Assembly: GCA_024650005.2 (NCBI GenBank)
Contig: CP122380.1
Coordinates: 160,001-224,000, forward strand
DNA from: Candidatus Bathyarchaeum tardum
GTDB taxonomy: Archaea > Thermoproteota > Bathyarchaeia > Bathyarchaeales > Bathyarchaeaceae
Direction: 5' to 3'
Length of the DNA: 64,000 bases
Shown here: piece after piece, positions 10,201 to 19,291 of the stretch
Layout of the letters: each line of letters begins with the position of its first letter
Position numbering within the stretch: position 1 is the first letter of the stretch
The notes under the pieces: model-generated
Told to the model about the DNA's origin: nothing
What the model saw: the letters and a program-made list of their open reading frames with translations, nothing else
Database searches by the model: none
Position numbers and translations under genes: made by a program

Positions 10201-10552
10201 TGCAACCCAAAACACTGCTAAGGCGCTACAAGATGCGGGCGTAGATAATGTCTTTGTTTTGCATAAGGTTCGAGAAAAAGCTCAAAGCCCTAATATTGTT
10301 GATTACTTGCAAAATGGCAAAATCCATCTGGTTATCAACATCCCCATGCCAAATCATATGGTAAAGTTCTCTGAAGTTCTTGACGATGAATACACCATCC
10401 GCAGGTTGGCGGTTGAATTTAACATTCCTGTAGTAACTAACCTTCAGTTGGCGTCTGCATTAACAAAAATCCTGGAACAACGGGAAGCAAACAAATTTGA
10501 CATCCGTTCATTGAATGATTACATGGATAGCTTACCCAGAAAATTTTGGTAA
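7277..10552 (+). CDS. carB: Carbamoyl-phosphate synthase large subunit
   Basis: GSGAIKIGEAAEFDYSG, duplicated ATP-grasp halves, C-terminal MGS domain. Confidence 0.98.
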   Translation: MPKFEWIKKVIVLGSGAIKIGEAAEFDYSGSQCLKALREEGIETVLVNPNIATIQTDPRLAGKVYLLPVTPEFVEEVIAKERPDAIMLSFGGQTALNCGVKLAQSGVLDKYGVRVLGTPVKTIEDTEDRELFRQSMLKAGVSIAKSKAASTLEDAVEVGREIGYPVIIRVAYTLGGKGSGVAYDEEKLKDIVSKALGQSMISQVLIEEYLGHWKEVEYEVMRDYDDNCIIVCNMENFDPMGVHTGDSIVVAPSQTLSNREYHLLRSASINAIRSLGVVGECNIQWALDKESEEIRAIEVNARLSRSSALASKATGYPIAYIAAKLCIGYTLPELQNKVTHVTTACFEPALDYLVVKYPRWDLQKFKNVDRHVGPQMKSVGEVMGIGRCFEEALQKAIRMLDIGKFGLVCNAEEDEPESPETIKDVLAHPTDQRLYMIVKALKQGMSIEEIYDLSGVDPFFLHKIKNVIDMQNKLETISQQDIDFFETLREAKRIGFSDLQIGICRGTDQFTIRKLRQQANIVPAVKQIDTLAAEWPAKTNYLYLTYGGDEDDIQFSSEKKKVIVLGAGVFRIGSSVEFDWCGVNTIWALKKNDIDEAIMINYNPETVSTDYDMSDKLYFEELTLERILDIYEKEQPMGIIASVGGQIPNNVALKLSNVGVNILGTTGKSIDQAEDRVKFSALLDTLGIPQPEWRDLSTASDLKKFAAKVDYPVLIRPSYVLSGSAMRVAYTEDELEDYLKLAAKVSPDHPVVISKFIENAKEVEVDGVYDGEDNIIGAIVEHVENAGVHSGDATMGIPALTLDSDVLQTVSLYTDKIVEALKIRGPYNIQYLVKDGVTYVIECNLRASRSMPYVSKTRGVNMIELATRAMLGKKFKDSGFIDLPEISHVGVKVPQFSFMRLSGADPVLGVEMLSTGEVACLGENFTDALSKALQSAEFKMPPYGGSVLITVGGKELKKQVVPIGQALRKLNFKIYATQNTAKALQDAGVDNVFVLHKVREKAQSPNIVDYLQNGKIHLVINIPMPNHMVKFSEVLDDEYTIRRLAVEFNIPVVTNLQLASALTKILEQREANKFDIRSLNDYMDSLPRKFW

Positions 10553-10574
10553 AAAACCACAAAATGAGAGGTTT

Positions 10575-11885
10575 TTATCCTCTCGGTATTATCTTTATTT
10601 TTCGTTGGAACTTTAGTTTGGCTGTCAAGATTTTTTCTGTACCAAACAGTCTAGAGGCAATGAACAGCACCACAATAGTGAAAACTGCCATGTATGCAAT
10701 TCCTCCAAGGGCTCCTATGTAGTTTCCAGTGAAGGTTACGTTTGTTGCCAGCATCGAGTGAGTAAAAGGAATTGCAAGCAGAATAATAGACATCGGGAAT
10801 GGTAGGGCGTTGATGTCAGTGTACATTGTGAATATCATTGGAATTATGAACAATATCGATAAAGGACCAACTAATGCTTGTGCGCCTCTGACGTCTTCAG
10901 CAAAAACTGACAAGGAAATTGCTAATGCCAATGCTGAAAGCAGTGCCATAAACAATGAAACGCCCAGAATTGCATAGGATTCAATTGTTGGTGCTAGTCC
11001 TAGAGCGACTAGGTCTACGTTGCCTGTGCCCAAAAGTCCAGTGAAAGAGTTCATGTAATACATGAACCCAACAATGTATGCTATGGAACCTACAAGGGCC
11101 ACTACTATCGAGCCTGTTAGTTTTCCTGCTAAAATTGTGGTTCGGTTAATTGGCATTGTCAATAAGGTTTCGAGGGTTTTTTCTTCTTTTTCTGAAGCAA
11201 CTGCTGTTGCCGCCAACTGCATTGCAAAAATTAGCAAAGCCATTATTCCTGCCGGCATTGCTATTGATTGAGAAATCATCAAACTGAACAAGGTATCAGG
11301 ACTGACATCAGCACTTTTTCCTTTAACGATTGATTTTTCTTCAAAACTTATTGGATTCAATATTTCTGTGGAGTTTGCATCTGGGAATCCTTGTTGAATT
11401 CTTTGATCGATGATATAATTTTCAAAACTGAAAAGTATACTGTTAATTGCAGAAGATTTTGTTGCTGAAGCTATTCCACCTCCTCCTTCGAAGGGTGTGT
11501 AAACTGTGAGACTTCCTGTTTTTCCCTCAGTTATGTTTTGACTGAATCCTTCAGGGATGATTACCAAGTTTGTAATGTTTGAATCTTGAATCTGCGTGAT
11601 CGCTTGGTCTAATGACATGTCATCAAGGGATGTAATTGAAAAATTAAACAATCCCAAATAATTTCCAAGATTTAATGCAACATCCCCTTGGTCCTGATCT
11701 ATTAGGGCTATTGATGTTTCTTGGATGCTTTGTTCTGCGGATTCCATTGAAGTTTGAATTGCAAAACCCATCAAGGGGAACATTATCAACGGAACAATTA
11801 TCATGCTTAACAAGATTTTGGGGTCTCTTGCTAGTTCTTTGACTTCTTTTATTACAATTGTTAATAATCCTTCAAGCAAATCCAA
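10575..11885 (-). CDS. ABC-2 type exporter permease (NatB-like)
   Basis: ASEKEEKTLETLLTMPI motif, multiple TM helices, adjacent ABC ATPase. Confidence 0.9.
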   Translation of the reverse strand: MDLLEGLLTIVIKEVKELARDPKILLSMIIVPLIMFPLMGFAIQTSMESAEQSIQETSIALIDQDQGDVALNLGNYLGLFNFSITSLDDMSLDQAITQIQDSNITNLVIIPEGFSQNITEGKTGSLTVYTPFEGGGGIASATKSSAINSILFSFENYIIDQRIQQGFPDANSTEILNPISFEEKSIVKGKSADVSPDTLFSLMISQSIAMPAGIMALLIFAMQLAATAVASEKEEKTLETLLTMPINRTTILAGKLTGSIVVALVGSIAYIVGFMYYMNSFTGLLGTGNVDLVALGLAPTIESYAILGVSLFMALLSALALAISLSVFAEDVRGAQALVGPLSILFIIPMIFTMYTDINALPFPMSIILLAIPFTHSMLATNVTFTGNYIGALGGIAYMAVFTIVVLFIASRLFGTEKILTAKLKFQRKIKIIPRG

Positions 11886-12603
11886 CTACCTCCCCGAATA
11901 CATCTTCAAGGTTAACAGCGTTGTATTTTGTTTTAAGTTCTTCTGGGGTGCCTTCCACGACAACTTTTCCTTTGTATATTATTGCTACCCGATCACACAA
12001 GAACTCAACTTCAAGCATGTTGTGGCTGGACAAGAGCACTGTTACCCCTTTTTCTTTTGCATAACGTTTGATAAGATTTCGAACATGAACAGAATGCAAT
12101 ACATCCAAACCGCTGTTTGGTTCATCCAATATCGCCAGTTTGGGTTTTGTCATTAAGGCTCGGGCAACTAAAAGTCTGCGTTTCATTCCTTTACTATAAC
12201 CTTTTACTTTGTCCTTGAGGCGCTCTCCTAACCCAGAAATTTCTGCTGCATCATCAACTAATTGTTGAATTGCATTTTTATCTTTAGTTGTAAAACTTGC
12301 CATAAATCTGAGGTATTCAAATCCTGACAGGTTTTTGTAAGCCCCTGCTTCTTCTGGAAGATAACTGATTATGTTACGGACTTTTGCCGCTTCATTAACT
12401 ACTTCATTGCCAAAAACGGTTATCGTCCCCTCTGTGGGTAACAGAAGAGTAGAAACAATTCTCAGGGTGGTTGTTTTTCCTGCGCCGTTCAATCCGATTA
12501 ATCCAAAGATTTCGCCCTCATTTATTGTGAAACTTAATCCATCAAGGGCTCTGACGTTTCCGAAATCTTTTACTACATTTTTTGCTTGAACTGCAATTCC
12601 CAT
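11872..12603 (-). CDS. ABC exporter ATP-binding subunit (NatA-like)
   Basis: Walker A GLNGAGKTT, signature YSKGM, Walker B ILDEP. Confidence 0.95.
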   Translation of the reverse strand: MGIAVQAKNVVKDFGNVRALDGLSFTINEGEIFGLIGLNGAGKTTTLRIVSTLLLPTEGTITVFGNEVVNEAAKVRNIISYLPEEAGAYKNLSGFEYLRFMASFTTKDKNAIQQLVDDAAEISGLGERLKDKVKGYSKGMKRRLLVARALMTKPKLAILDEPNSGLDVLHSVHVRNLIKRYAKEKGVTVLLSSHNMLEVEFLCDRVAIIYKGKVVVEGTPEELKTKYNAVNLEDVFGEVVGFA

Positions 12604-12629
12604 AAAATCTTATCCCACTTTTGGTATGC

Positions 12630-13205
12630 TTATAGAAGCATCTTCAATAAATCTGCTTTGGTAACTATGCCTACTACTTTTCCCTTCGCCAAAATCAAAA
12701 CCGCTGGATAAACCCGCAACAGATTTGAAATCAGGGGCAATGGAGCATCCTCTCCTACTTGAGGAAACGCTTCCTCCATCACGTCGGCAACAGAAAATTT
12801 CGAAACTTGTGACAAATCTTTGCCTGCAGAAACTTTTCCTATTATTGTCTTTTCTGAAATGCTACCCACGGCGTGTTCCCCGTCAAATACTGGAAGCTGA
12901 GAATAACCATGTTCTGCCATTGTTTGAACCGCTTTAGATACTGGATCTGTTTTTTGTATCCCAATTACTTTGTTGTGGAGTACTTCTTCGGCTAGAACTT
13001 CTGTTTGTGTTTGCAGCCTTTCTAACGTGTCAAAAATGGATTTTACTTTGGTATATGCGGGGTCAATTTTTTGGGATTCAAGTTTTGCTATTAGAGATTG
13101 GCTTACCCCTGCTAGTCTTGCAAGTTTTTGTTGGGTCAGTCCCATTAATCTGCGTTTTTTTGCTACTTCTTCGATTGCAGGTAACATGATTTGACTTTTA
13201 ATCAA
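12630..13205 (-). CDS. XRE-HTH transcriptional regulator with C-terminal CBS pair (COG3620-like)
   Basis: LTQQKLARLAGVSQSLIAKLE HTH; two CBS domains (YSQLPVFD, GIVTKADLL). Confidence 0.9.
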   Translation of the reverse strand: MIKSQIMLPAIEEVAKKRRLMGLTQQKLARLAGVSQSLIAKLESQKIDPAYTKVKSIFDTLERLQTQTEVLAEEVLHNKVIGIQKTDPVSKAVQTMAEHGYSQLPVFDGEHAVGSISEKTIIGKVSAGKDLSQVSKFSVADVMEEAFPQVGEDAPLPLISNLLRVYPAVLILAKGKVVGIVTKADLLKMLL

Positions 13206-13310
13206 CCCATTAATATTCTTTTTGGAATTTTTTTTTCAGTAAAATATTAAAATAGTAATGACCTTTCCTATGTTTCATATCCCTGCGACAGGGCTAGGAG
13301 ACTACAAAAA

Positions 13311-14819
13311 TTGTCATCCAAACAAAAACAGAACAGACGGTCTATTGCTGAAATCAACCAGAAAATCAAATCTGGCGACGTTCAGGTTCTGACCGCTGAA
13401 GAAATGAAGAAACTCGTGGAAAGCAGCGGCGTTGAAGTCGCATACAAAGAAGTTGATGTAGTTACTACTGGAACTTTTGGAGCCATGTGTTCCTCAGGCG
13501 CAATAATCAATCTTGGACACGCAGATCCCCCCATCAAAATTCAGAGGGCTTGGCTTAATGATGTTGAAGTCAGTCACACAGGTGCTGCTGTTGACTTATT
13601 TGTTGGTGCTACCCAGATGTCCGAAACTAACCCCTTTGAGTATGGAGGCGGACACGTAATAGAGGACCTAATTGCAGGAAAAGAAATCGAAGTACGCGCC
13701 ACCTCATACGGAACAGACTGTTATCCTCGAACTAAACTGGACACCACCATAACCAAAGATGATCTAAACCAGTTTTATTTGCTGAATTTCCGCAACTGTT
13801 ACCAACGTTACGTTTGCGCCACAAACAGTCGTGACGAAATAATTTACACCTACATGGGTAAACTTTTGCCCAAATTCAGAAACGCAACCTATTCTGGGGC
13901 TGGGGGATTGAATCCTTTGATGAACGATCCCGACTATGAAACTATCGGAATTGGTACTCGAATATTCTTAGGGGGTGGTCAAGGCTACGTTATCGGAGAA
14001 GGCACCCAACACGACCCTACTAACAGGTTTGGCACTTTAATGGTTCGGGGAGACTGCAAACAAATGAGTCAAGAATTCATTCGTGGTGGGGCTTTCACTC
14101 AGTACGGTACAAGTATGTATGTTGGTATGGGAATTCCTATTCCAATCCTCAATGAAGGATTAGCTAAAAAAACTGCAGTGTGTGATGAAGAAATTTTAAC
14201 CGACATAGTAGATTATGGAGTCCCCCGCAGAGGACGACCCAAACTAGGTCAAGTCAGTTATGCCAACTTGAAATCTGGAGAAGTAACAATTAACGACCGC
14301 ACAGTCAAGGTCAGTTCTCTTTCAAGCCTGAAAAAAGCAAGAAAAATTGCAGCGATATTAAAATCATGGATAGAACACGGAGATTTTTATTTGTCTGTAC
14401 CTGCTGAAACCCTGCCGACTGCTTCAGTTTGCAATCCAATGCATCAAACCAGTCAAGTCGCCTTTGTTAGTGCCGTAGCCCACGATGCAGTTACGTGTAC
14501 GGTGGATGAAGACATCAAAACAGTTGCTCAACGGATAATCACCAAATCAGTTAATCACGTGGTTGTAGTCGACAAAACTGGAGAACTAAAAGGAATTGTA
14601 ACTTCTTGGGATTTGACTAGGGCTGTTGCTGAAGGCAAAACTCAGCTAGCTGACGTTATCACCAAAAAAGTCTACACAACAACTCCTGAGGAAACTGTAG
14701 AAGTTGCTTCCCGTAAGATGGCTCAACATCATATCAGTGCGTTGCCGGTTTTGGATCATCAAAACAAAGTTGTAGGTTTGATATCAACAGAAGACATCGC
14801 CAAATTAAGGGGAAGGTGA
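13311..14819 (+). CDS. L-aspartate semialdehyde sulfurtransferase (homocysteine biosynthesis; MA1821/MJ0100 family, DUF39+CBS)
   Basis: VDVVTTGTFGAMCSSGA, PLMNDP..TIGIGTRIFLGG, C-terminal CBS pair. Confidence 0.92.
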   Translation: MSSKQKQNRRSIAEINQKIKSGDVQVLTAEEMKKLVESSGVEVAYKEVDVVTTGTFGAMCSSGAIINLGHADPPIKIQRAWLNDVEVSHTGAAVDLFVGATQMSETNPFEYGGGHVIEDLIAGKEIEVRATSYGTDCYPRTKLDTTITKDDLNQFYLLNFRNCYQRYVCATNSRDEIIYTYMGKLLPKFRNATYSGAGGLNPLMNDPDYETIGIGTRIFLGGGQGYVIGEGTQHDPTNRFGTLMVRGDCKQMSQEFIRGGAFTQYGTSMYVGMGIPIPILNEGLAKKTAVCDEEILTDIVDYGVPRRGRPKLGQVSYANLKSGEVTINDRTVKVSSLSSLKKARKIAAILKSWIEHGDFYLSVPAETLPTASVCNPMHQTSQVAFVSAVAHDAVTCTVDEDIKTVAQRIITKSVNHVVVVDKTGELKGIVTSWDLTRAVAEGKTQLADVITKKVYTTTPEETVEVASRKMAQHHISALPVLDHQNKVVGLISTEDIAKLRGR

Positions 14820-15238
14820 GTAAAATGGATAGAATATTGTTAAGATTTTCAGAAGAAAATGTTGCAGAACCAATTACTTCCCAGGTTATTCTTGAACTTG
14901 GAATTCCAATGAGAATCGTAACTGCTACTGTGAATTCTTCCGGTGGAGATATCCTAGTTGAAGTCCCCAAAGTTCATGTTCAACAAATCGTCAAAGCCTT
15001 CCAAGCCAAAGGCGTGGTTGTGAAGTTTCCTAAACTCATCGAAGTAGACTCTGACAAATGCATCGACTGCGGTGCATGTTATGCTTTGTGCCCTGTAGAC
15101 GCCATCTCATATGACAAAGACTACTCCGTAGTGTTCGATGACAAAATCTGCATCGGGAGCCCCTGTGGCTTGTGTGTTGATGCATGTCCTGCCCGTGCCA
15201 TTAATCTTGTTGAGCAGCAGCGAAACAGCAAAAAATGA
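14816..15238 (+). CDS. NIL-domain 2x[4Fe-4S] ferredoxin (MA1822-like partner of the sulfurtransferase)
   Basis: N-terminal NIL domain; CIDCGACYALCP and CIGSPCGLCVDACP. Confidence 0.88.
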   Translation: MSKMDRILLRFSEENVAEPITSQVILELGIPMRIVTATVNSSGGDILVEVPKVHVQQIVKAFQAKGVVVKFPKLIEVDSDKCIDCGACYALCPVDAISYDKDYSVVFDDKICIGSPCGLCVDACPARAINLVEQQRNSKK

Positions 15239-15942
15239 CAAACAAAAAACTGTTTAAACAGGCTTTTCGCTACAAAGAATCAGACTGTGCCATAGTTTCA
15301 GATACAAAATCTGGAATAGAAACCGCAAAATCGTCAATTAAACGCAACTTACAGCTCCTTGAAGAGTATATTAAAAAAAATCCTCGCTTTCTTTTTTCTC
15401 TTGACCCTGTTCCAGTAACTAATGCTCCTGACGTGGCACGTTTGATGGCTGAAGCCTCGGAAAAAGCCAAAGTGGGTCCAATGGCTGCTGTAGCTGGGGT
15501 TTTAGCTGACTTGGCTGTACAAGATATGGTTGATTCTGGATGCAAAGTTGCAGTAGTAGAAAACGGCGGTGAAGCCTACGCAGTATCGAATCAACCTATT
15601 GATGTTGGTTTTGCTGCAGGGGACGAACCCCTATCAAAGGAAATGGGCTTTAGGCTCAAACAGTTCCCCCTAGGGGTGGCAACTAGTTCTGGCAAATTCA
15701 GTCACGCTTTTAGTTTTGGGGACGCCGATGCAGTAACAATTTTTGCTATCAACGCTGGACTTGCAGACGCCGCTGCTACTTCTGTTGCAAACCTGATAAC
15801 TGGAAACGATGTTAAAGCCACAATAAAAACGGGATTAAACGCCGCCTTAAGCATCGACGGGGTTAAAGGGGTTTTCATTTTGTATCATGAAATTGTGGGA
15901 AAAGGCGGACAAGTACCCGAAATGATAAAACTTAACCCTTAA
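15235..15942 (+). CDS. UPF0280/ApbE-like protein (COG2122, MA1715-like, sulfide assimilation)
   Basis: VGPMAAVAG, VENGGE, GVATSSG and ADAAAT motifs; operon context. Confidence 0.88.
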   Translation: MTNKKLFKQAFRYKESDCAIVSDTKSGIETAKSSIKRNLQLLEEYIKKNPRFLFSLDPVPVTNAPDVARLMAEASEKAKVGPMAAVAGVLADLAVQDMVDSGCKVAVVENGGEAYAVSNQPIDVGFAAGDEPLSKEMGFRLKQFPLGVATSSGKFSHAFSFGDADAVTIFAINAGLADAAATSVANLITGNDVKATIKTGLNAALSIDGVKGVFILYHEIVGKGGQVPEMIKLNP

Positions 15943-15976
15943 TTAGAAACAATTTTGTGTTCCTTTAGTTTTCAAG

Positions 15977-16023
15977 AAAAAAGCCGTTTTTAACATTGCG
16001 TTGTTATTAGTATGCATATATCT
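15977..16023 (+). repeat. Dispersed ~47-bp intergenic repeat, copy A
   Basis: AAAAAAGCCGTTTTTAACATTGCGTTGTTATTAGTATGCATATATCT; similar to 36481-36528(-) and 49888-49931(+). Confidence 0.5.
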
Positions 16024-16045
16024 TTTCAATTGTTGTTTGATTGTT

Positions 16046-16660
16046 TTACTCTTCGAGTTTGTTTAGGATGTATTTGTAGAGAATTACCATTACAAGAACA
16101 ATGAATACTACGATAAGCAACGGTGTCCATTCTGGATATTCTGAGATTGTTTCTATGTTTTGGTTTAAACTGCTGTGATTTATGGTAAAGTAAACTATGC
16201 TACTGTCCAGTCCCATGATGTTGTCGGCGTTGTATCGTGCATAAACTGCTATGTTGTGAGGACCATCAGTTAATTCGGGCAAAGCAACAGAACCATTGAT
16301 TATTAAAGGAACCATTAATGTTGAATTAACTACTACTGTTGTTCCGTTAGCGTAAGTTCTTGTTACCTCTCTGGTTTTTTGGGTTCCTGTTAATGGAATT
16401 GTGCCGTTTTCTTTCCCATCAATGCTGTAGCTTACTTGGGCATAGTTTGGACTCAACAAAAACTTGAAATTCACACCCAAATTCAACTCGTTGGAATTAT
16501 AGGTGCTATTTTCGGGAGATGTAATGGTAATTTGAGCTGCAAGAGGGAATCCTTCCCCAGATTCTGTATATTGTGGCTTAACTGCGGGAACTCCTGTTGT
16601 TGCAAAGGAAATTAGAAATGCGAAAACTAAAACAATACCTTTTTTTTGCACTACTTTCAC
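16046..16660 (-). CDS. Secreted or surface protein with Ig-like segment and PEF-CTERM-like C-terminal anchor
   Basis: Signal peptide; ITITSPENSTY...SYSIDG...DGPHNIAVYA; tail ISEYPEW + TM + basic residues. Confidence 0.75.
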   Translation of the reverse strand: MKVVQKKGIVLVFAFLISFATTGVPAVKPQYTESGEGFPLAAQITITSPENSTYNSNELNLGVNFKFLLSPNYAQVSYSIDGKENGTIPLTGTQKTREVTRTYANGTTVVVNSTLMVPLIINGSVALPELTDGPHNIAVYARYNADNIMGLDSSIVYFTINHSSLNQNIETISEYPEWTPLLIVVFIVLVMVILYKYILNKLEE

Positions 16661-16868
16661 CTTATTGCTTTTACATTGTTGTCTGTTTTTCCATTGTACA
16701 GTTCATCCTGTGCTTGTGAAAACTGATTATATTCATTAATTATTTCTAAAAAAAACAGGGTAGCTACAAGAGACAGACTCCTCAGACTGCAGTTTTTTCT
16801 TGTAGCTTTAATCATGCACGTTCCCCTGTGTGTATATTTTGGGCTTATTTTCTGATAAAAGCCTATTT

Positions 16869-16930
16869 ATCAAGAATTCTTGACAAACTAAACGCATAAC
16901 ATCCATTTTTTAGTCAAACTTTCTTGACTA
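16869..16930. promoter_or_regulatory. Paired GTCAA-N6-TTGAC operator sites
   Basis: ATCAA-GAATTC-TTGAC (16869-16884) and TAGTCAA-ACTTTC-TTGACTA (16911-16930). Confidence 0.6.
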
Positions 16931-17033
16931 ATTATAAAATGTATATTTTTTAGTGTTCTACTTTCGGAACATCCAACAATTTTCCCGAGTTTTAGCGAAA
17001 AAGGTTCTTGATTATACTCTAATTTTTTAAACT

Positions 17034-17051
17034 AGACTGATGCATTAGTCT
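17034..17051. promoter_or_regulatory. 18-bp near-perfect palindrome just upstream of the HTH-NrdD-like gene
   Basis: AGACTGATGCATTAGTCT is 16/18 self-complementary and ends 17 bp before the ATG. Confidence 0.4.
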
Positions 17052-17068
17052 GTGTTGGTGTATATTGG

Positions 17069-19291
17069 ATGCCTAGACAGCGACGAAAATCTGGTGTGAA
17101 AGTTCTGAAAGCAGCTTCTTCTTCTTTGCGTATGCAGCTGTTACTTACCCTCGTAGAAAAAGGTCCCCAATCCTACACTGACCTCATGAAGGTTCTTAAA
17201 CTCAACCCCAGCCGAGACGCAGGAAGATTTGCGTATCACCTCAAATACCTGCTCAACGCTGATTTGATTGAACCCGACGTAGACAACAAAGAATACCGAC
17301 TCACCGAACTAGGCAAAATCATGATTCAATTCACTGAAGACATTCAACAACAATTCTTACAAAGGAAAAAAATTCTAGTAAGAACCTCCCGTCTGGCCAT
17401 GGAAGAATTCGACAGAAACAAAATCGTTGAAGCCCTCGTTAAAGAAGCCAATGTCCCCATTTTTCAGGCTCAAAAAATTGCCCGTGAAACCGAAAAAAGG
17501 ATCTTGGAATTCAAAACAAAATACTTGACCGCGCCCCTAATTCGAGAAATGGTTAACGCAATCTTGGTCGAAAAAGGTTTAGAAGAATACCGTCACAAAT
17601 TAACCCGACTTGGGCTGCCTGTTTTTGATGTTAACCAACTTATTGAATCAACTGGTACCACAAAACAAAGTGTTGATGCCATCCACAAAGCAGCAGCGGA
17701 TGCAGTTATGGAAGAATACACTTTGCTTAACGTTTTGCCTCGGGAAGTTGCTGATGCTCATTTGTCTGGCGGGTTGCATCTTAACAATTTGGGGACTTGG
17801 GTTTTAAAACCTGATCAGTTTATGCATGATTTAAGGTTCTTTTTTCAGCATGGATTAAACCATGGTGCATTGAACCTTGAAGAGCCCACGTATCTTCCGC
17901 CTAAAACTCTTGAAGCTGCTTTGGTTACTGCTTCTAATGTTTTAAAAATTGCATCCACCGAATCATCGGGAGAACAAACCCTTGACTTTTTTAACATTTT
18001 TTTGGCTCCTTTCACTCAAGGTCTTTCCGAAGAAAGAATTCGAGAAAGCCTAAGACTTTTCATATCTAACCTTAATCAGCCTCTATTAAATGGGAGTTCA
18101 GTTGGGGCTTCTTTAGGTGTAGAATTTTTGGTTCCAGAATTTTTAAAAGACAAAGAAGCTATCGGACCCGGAGGAAAAACAGTTGGATGCTACAATGATT
18201 TTGTTGAAGAAATTAGACGTTTAGTTTCTTTGCTGTTTGAAGTTTTTCTTCACGATGACACTTACAAACCAGTTTTAAACCCCCGCCTGATAATCAAAAT
18301 TCGACCTGAAGTCCTCAAAAACGCGGCGTGTACCCATCTGCTTTATGATGCCCATAAACTTGCAGAAAACGGTCTGCCATATTTTGCTAATTTATGTCCT
18401 GCTGGACAGATAACCGCATCTTATACATCTGCAGGTTTTAGGCTTGCCGCTGAATGGCGAGAAGATTGGGAACTGGACACCCTGCAAACTGGAAGCGTTG
18501 ACAGCGTGATAATTAATCTACCCCGTGTCATGTATGAAGCAAAAGGCAAAGAAAACAGTTTTTTCAAAATCTTGGACAATCAGCTTGAACTTGCGTTGCA
18601 GGCTTTGGAAATAAAATATCATACAATAAAACAGCGTGAACGGGAACATATGTTACCTTTTTTGATGCAAAAAACTGGCGGCGACCAATACTTCCGAATT
18701 GAAAACGCCGTTCGTTTAGTAAGTTTTGTTGGTTTGAACGAAACAATCCAAGCTTTCTTTGATAAGCCCTTGAAACAGGAAGGGGAAACTCTTGATTTTG
18801 CTAAAAAAATAGTTTCGTGCCTGTCTGAAGACATCGAAAAATACTCGAAAAAGCCTGAAACCCGGGCTGCTTTAGCTATGGTGCCTGCTAGTTATGCTGC
18901 TAAACGGTTAGCCGAATTGGATGCAGAAAAGTACGGTTGGGGAACTGTTCATGCAAAAGGTACTAAAGAAAACCCCTTCTATACTGACTTAGTAGCTTTG
19001 CCGTTAGACACTCAAATCTTCTGGAAGGACCGACTCAAAGTTGAAGAACAGTTTCACCGATTAACTCCAGGGGGACACTTGGCAGTCATACCCCTTTCTG
19101 ATGAACCCCAAAAATCTGATGATTTGTTAGCTGTAACCCGAGATATAGCGGGTTCTATGAACGTTGGGTTAACTGTTTTCAACCGAAACATCGCATATTG
19201 TGCAGTTTGCCGTCAGATTTTTTATGGACAATTGGAAAAATGTCCTTCATGTGGCTCTGTTAATATGCTTCAATCTTTCAGCCGAGTATAA
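17069..19291 (+). CDS. Winged-HTH + ATP-cone + NrdD-fold fusion lacking catalytic Cys motifs and the glycyl-radical loop; probable inactive class III RNR homolog acting as a regulator
   Basis: ArsR-like wHTH at about aa 15-90; ATP cone LVRTSRLAMEEFDRNKI...LTAPLIREMV; NrdD motifs ADAHLSGGLH, INLPR, GLNE and Zn site CAVC..CPSC; ends SRV-stop. Confidence 0.88.
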   Translation: MPRQRRKSGVKVLKAASSSLRMQLLLTLVEKGPQSYTDLMKVLKLNPSRDAGRFAYHLKYLLNADLIEPDVDNKEYRLTELGKIMIQFTEDIQQQFLQRKKILVRTSRLAMEEFDRNKIVEALVKEANVPIFQAQKIARETEKRILEFKTKYLTAPLIREMVNAILVEKGLEEYRHKLTRLGLPVFDVNQLIESTGTTKQSVDAIHKAAADAVMEEYTLLNVLPREVADAHLSGGLHLNNLGTWVLKPDQFMHDLRFFFQHGLNHGALNLEEPTYLPPKTLEAALVTASNVLKIASTESSGEQTLDFFNIFLAPFTQGLSEERIRESLRLFISNLNQPLLNGSSVGASLGVEFLVPEFLKDKEAIGPGGKTVGCYNDFVEEIRRLVSLLFEVFLHDDTYKPVLNPRLIIKIRPEVLKNAACTHLLYDAHKLAENGLPYFANLCPAGQITASYTSAGFRLAAEWREDWELDTLQTGSVDSVIINLPRVMYEAKGKENSFFKILDNQLELALQALEIKYHTIKQREREHMLPFLMQKTGGDQYFRIENAVRLVSFVGLNETIQAFFDKPLKQEGETLDFAKKIVSCLSEDIEKYSKKPETRAALAMVPASYAAKRLAELDAEKYGWGTVHAKGTKENPFYTDLVALPLDTQIFWKDRLKVEEQFHRLTPGGHLAVIPLSDEPQKSDDLLAVTRDIAGSMNVGLTVFNRNIAYCAVCRQIFYGQLEKCPSCGSVNMLQSFSRV

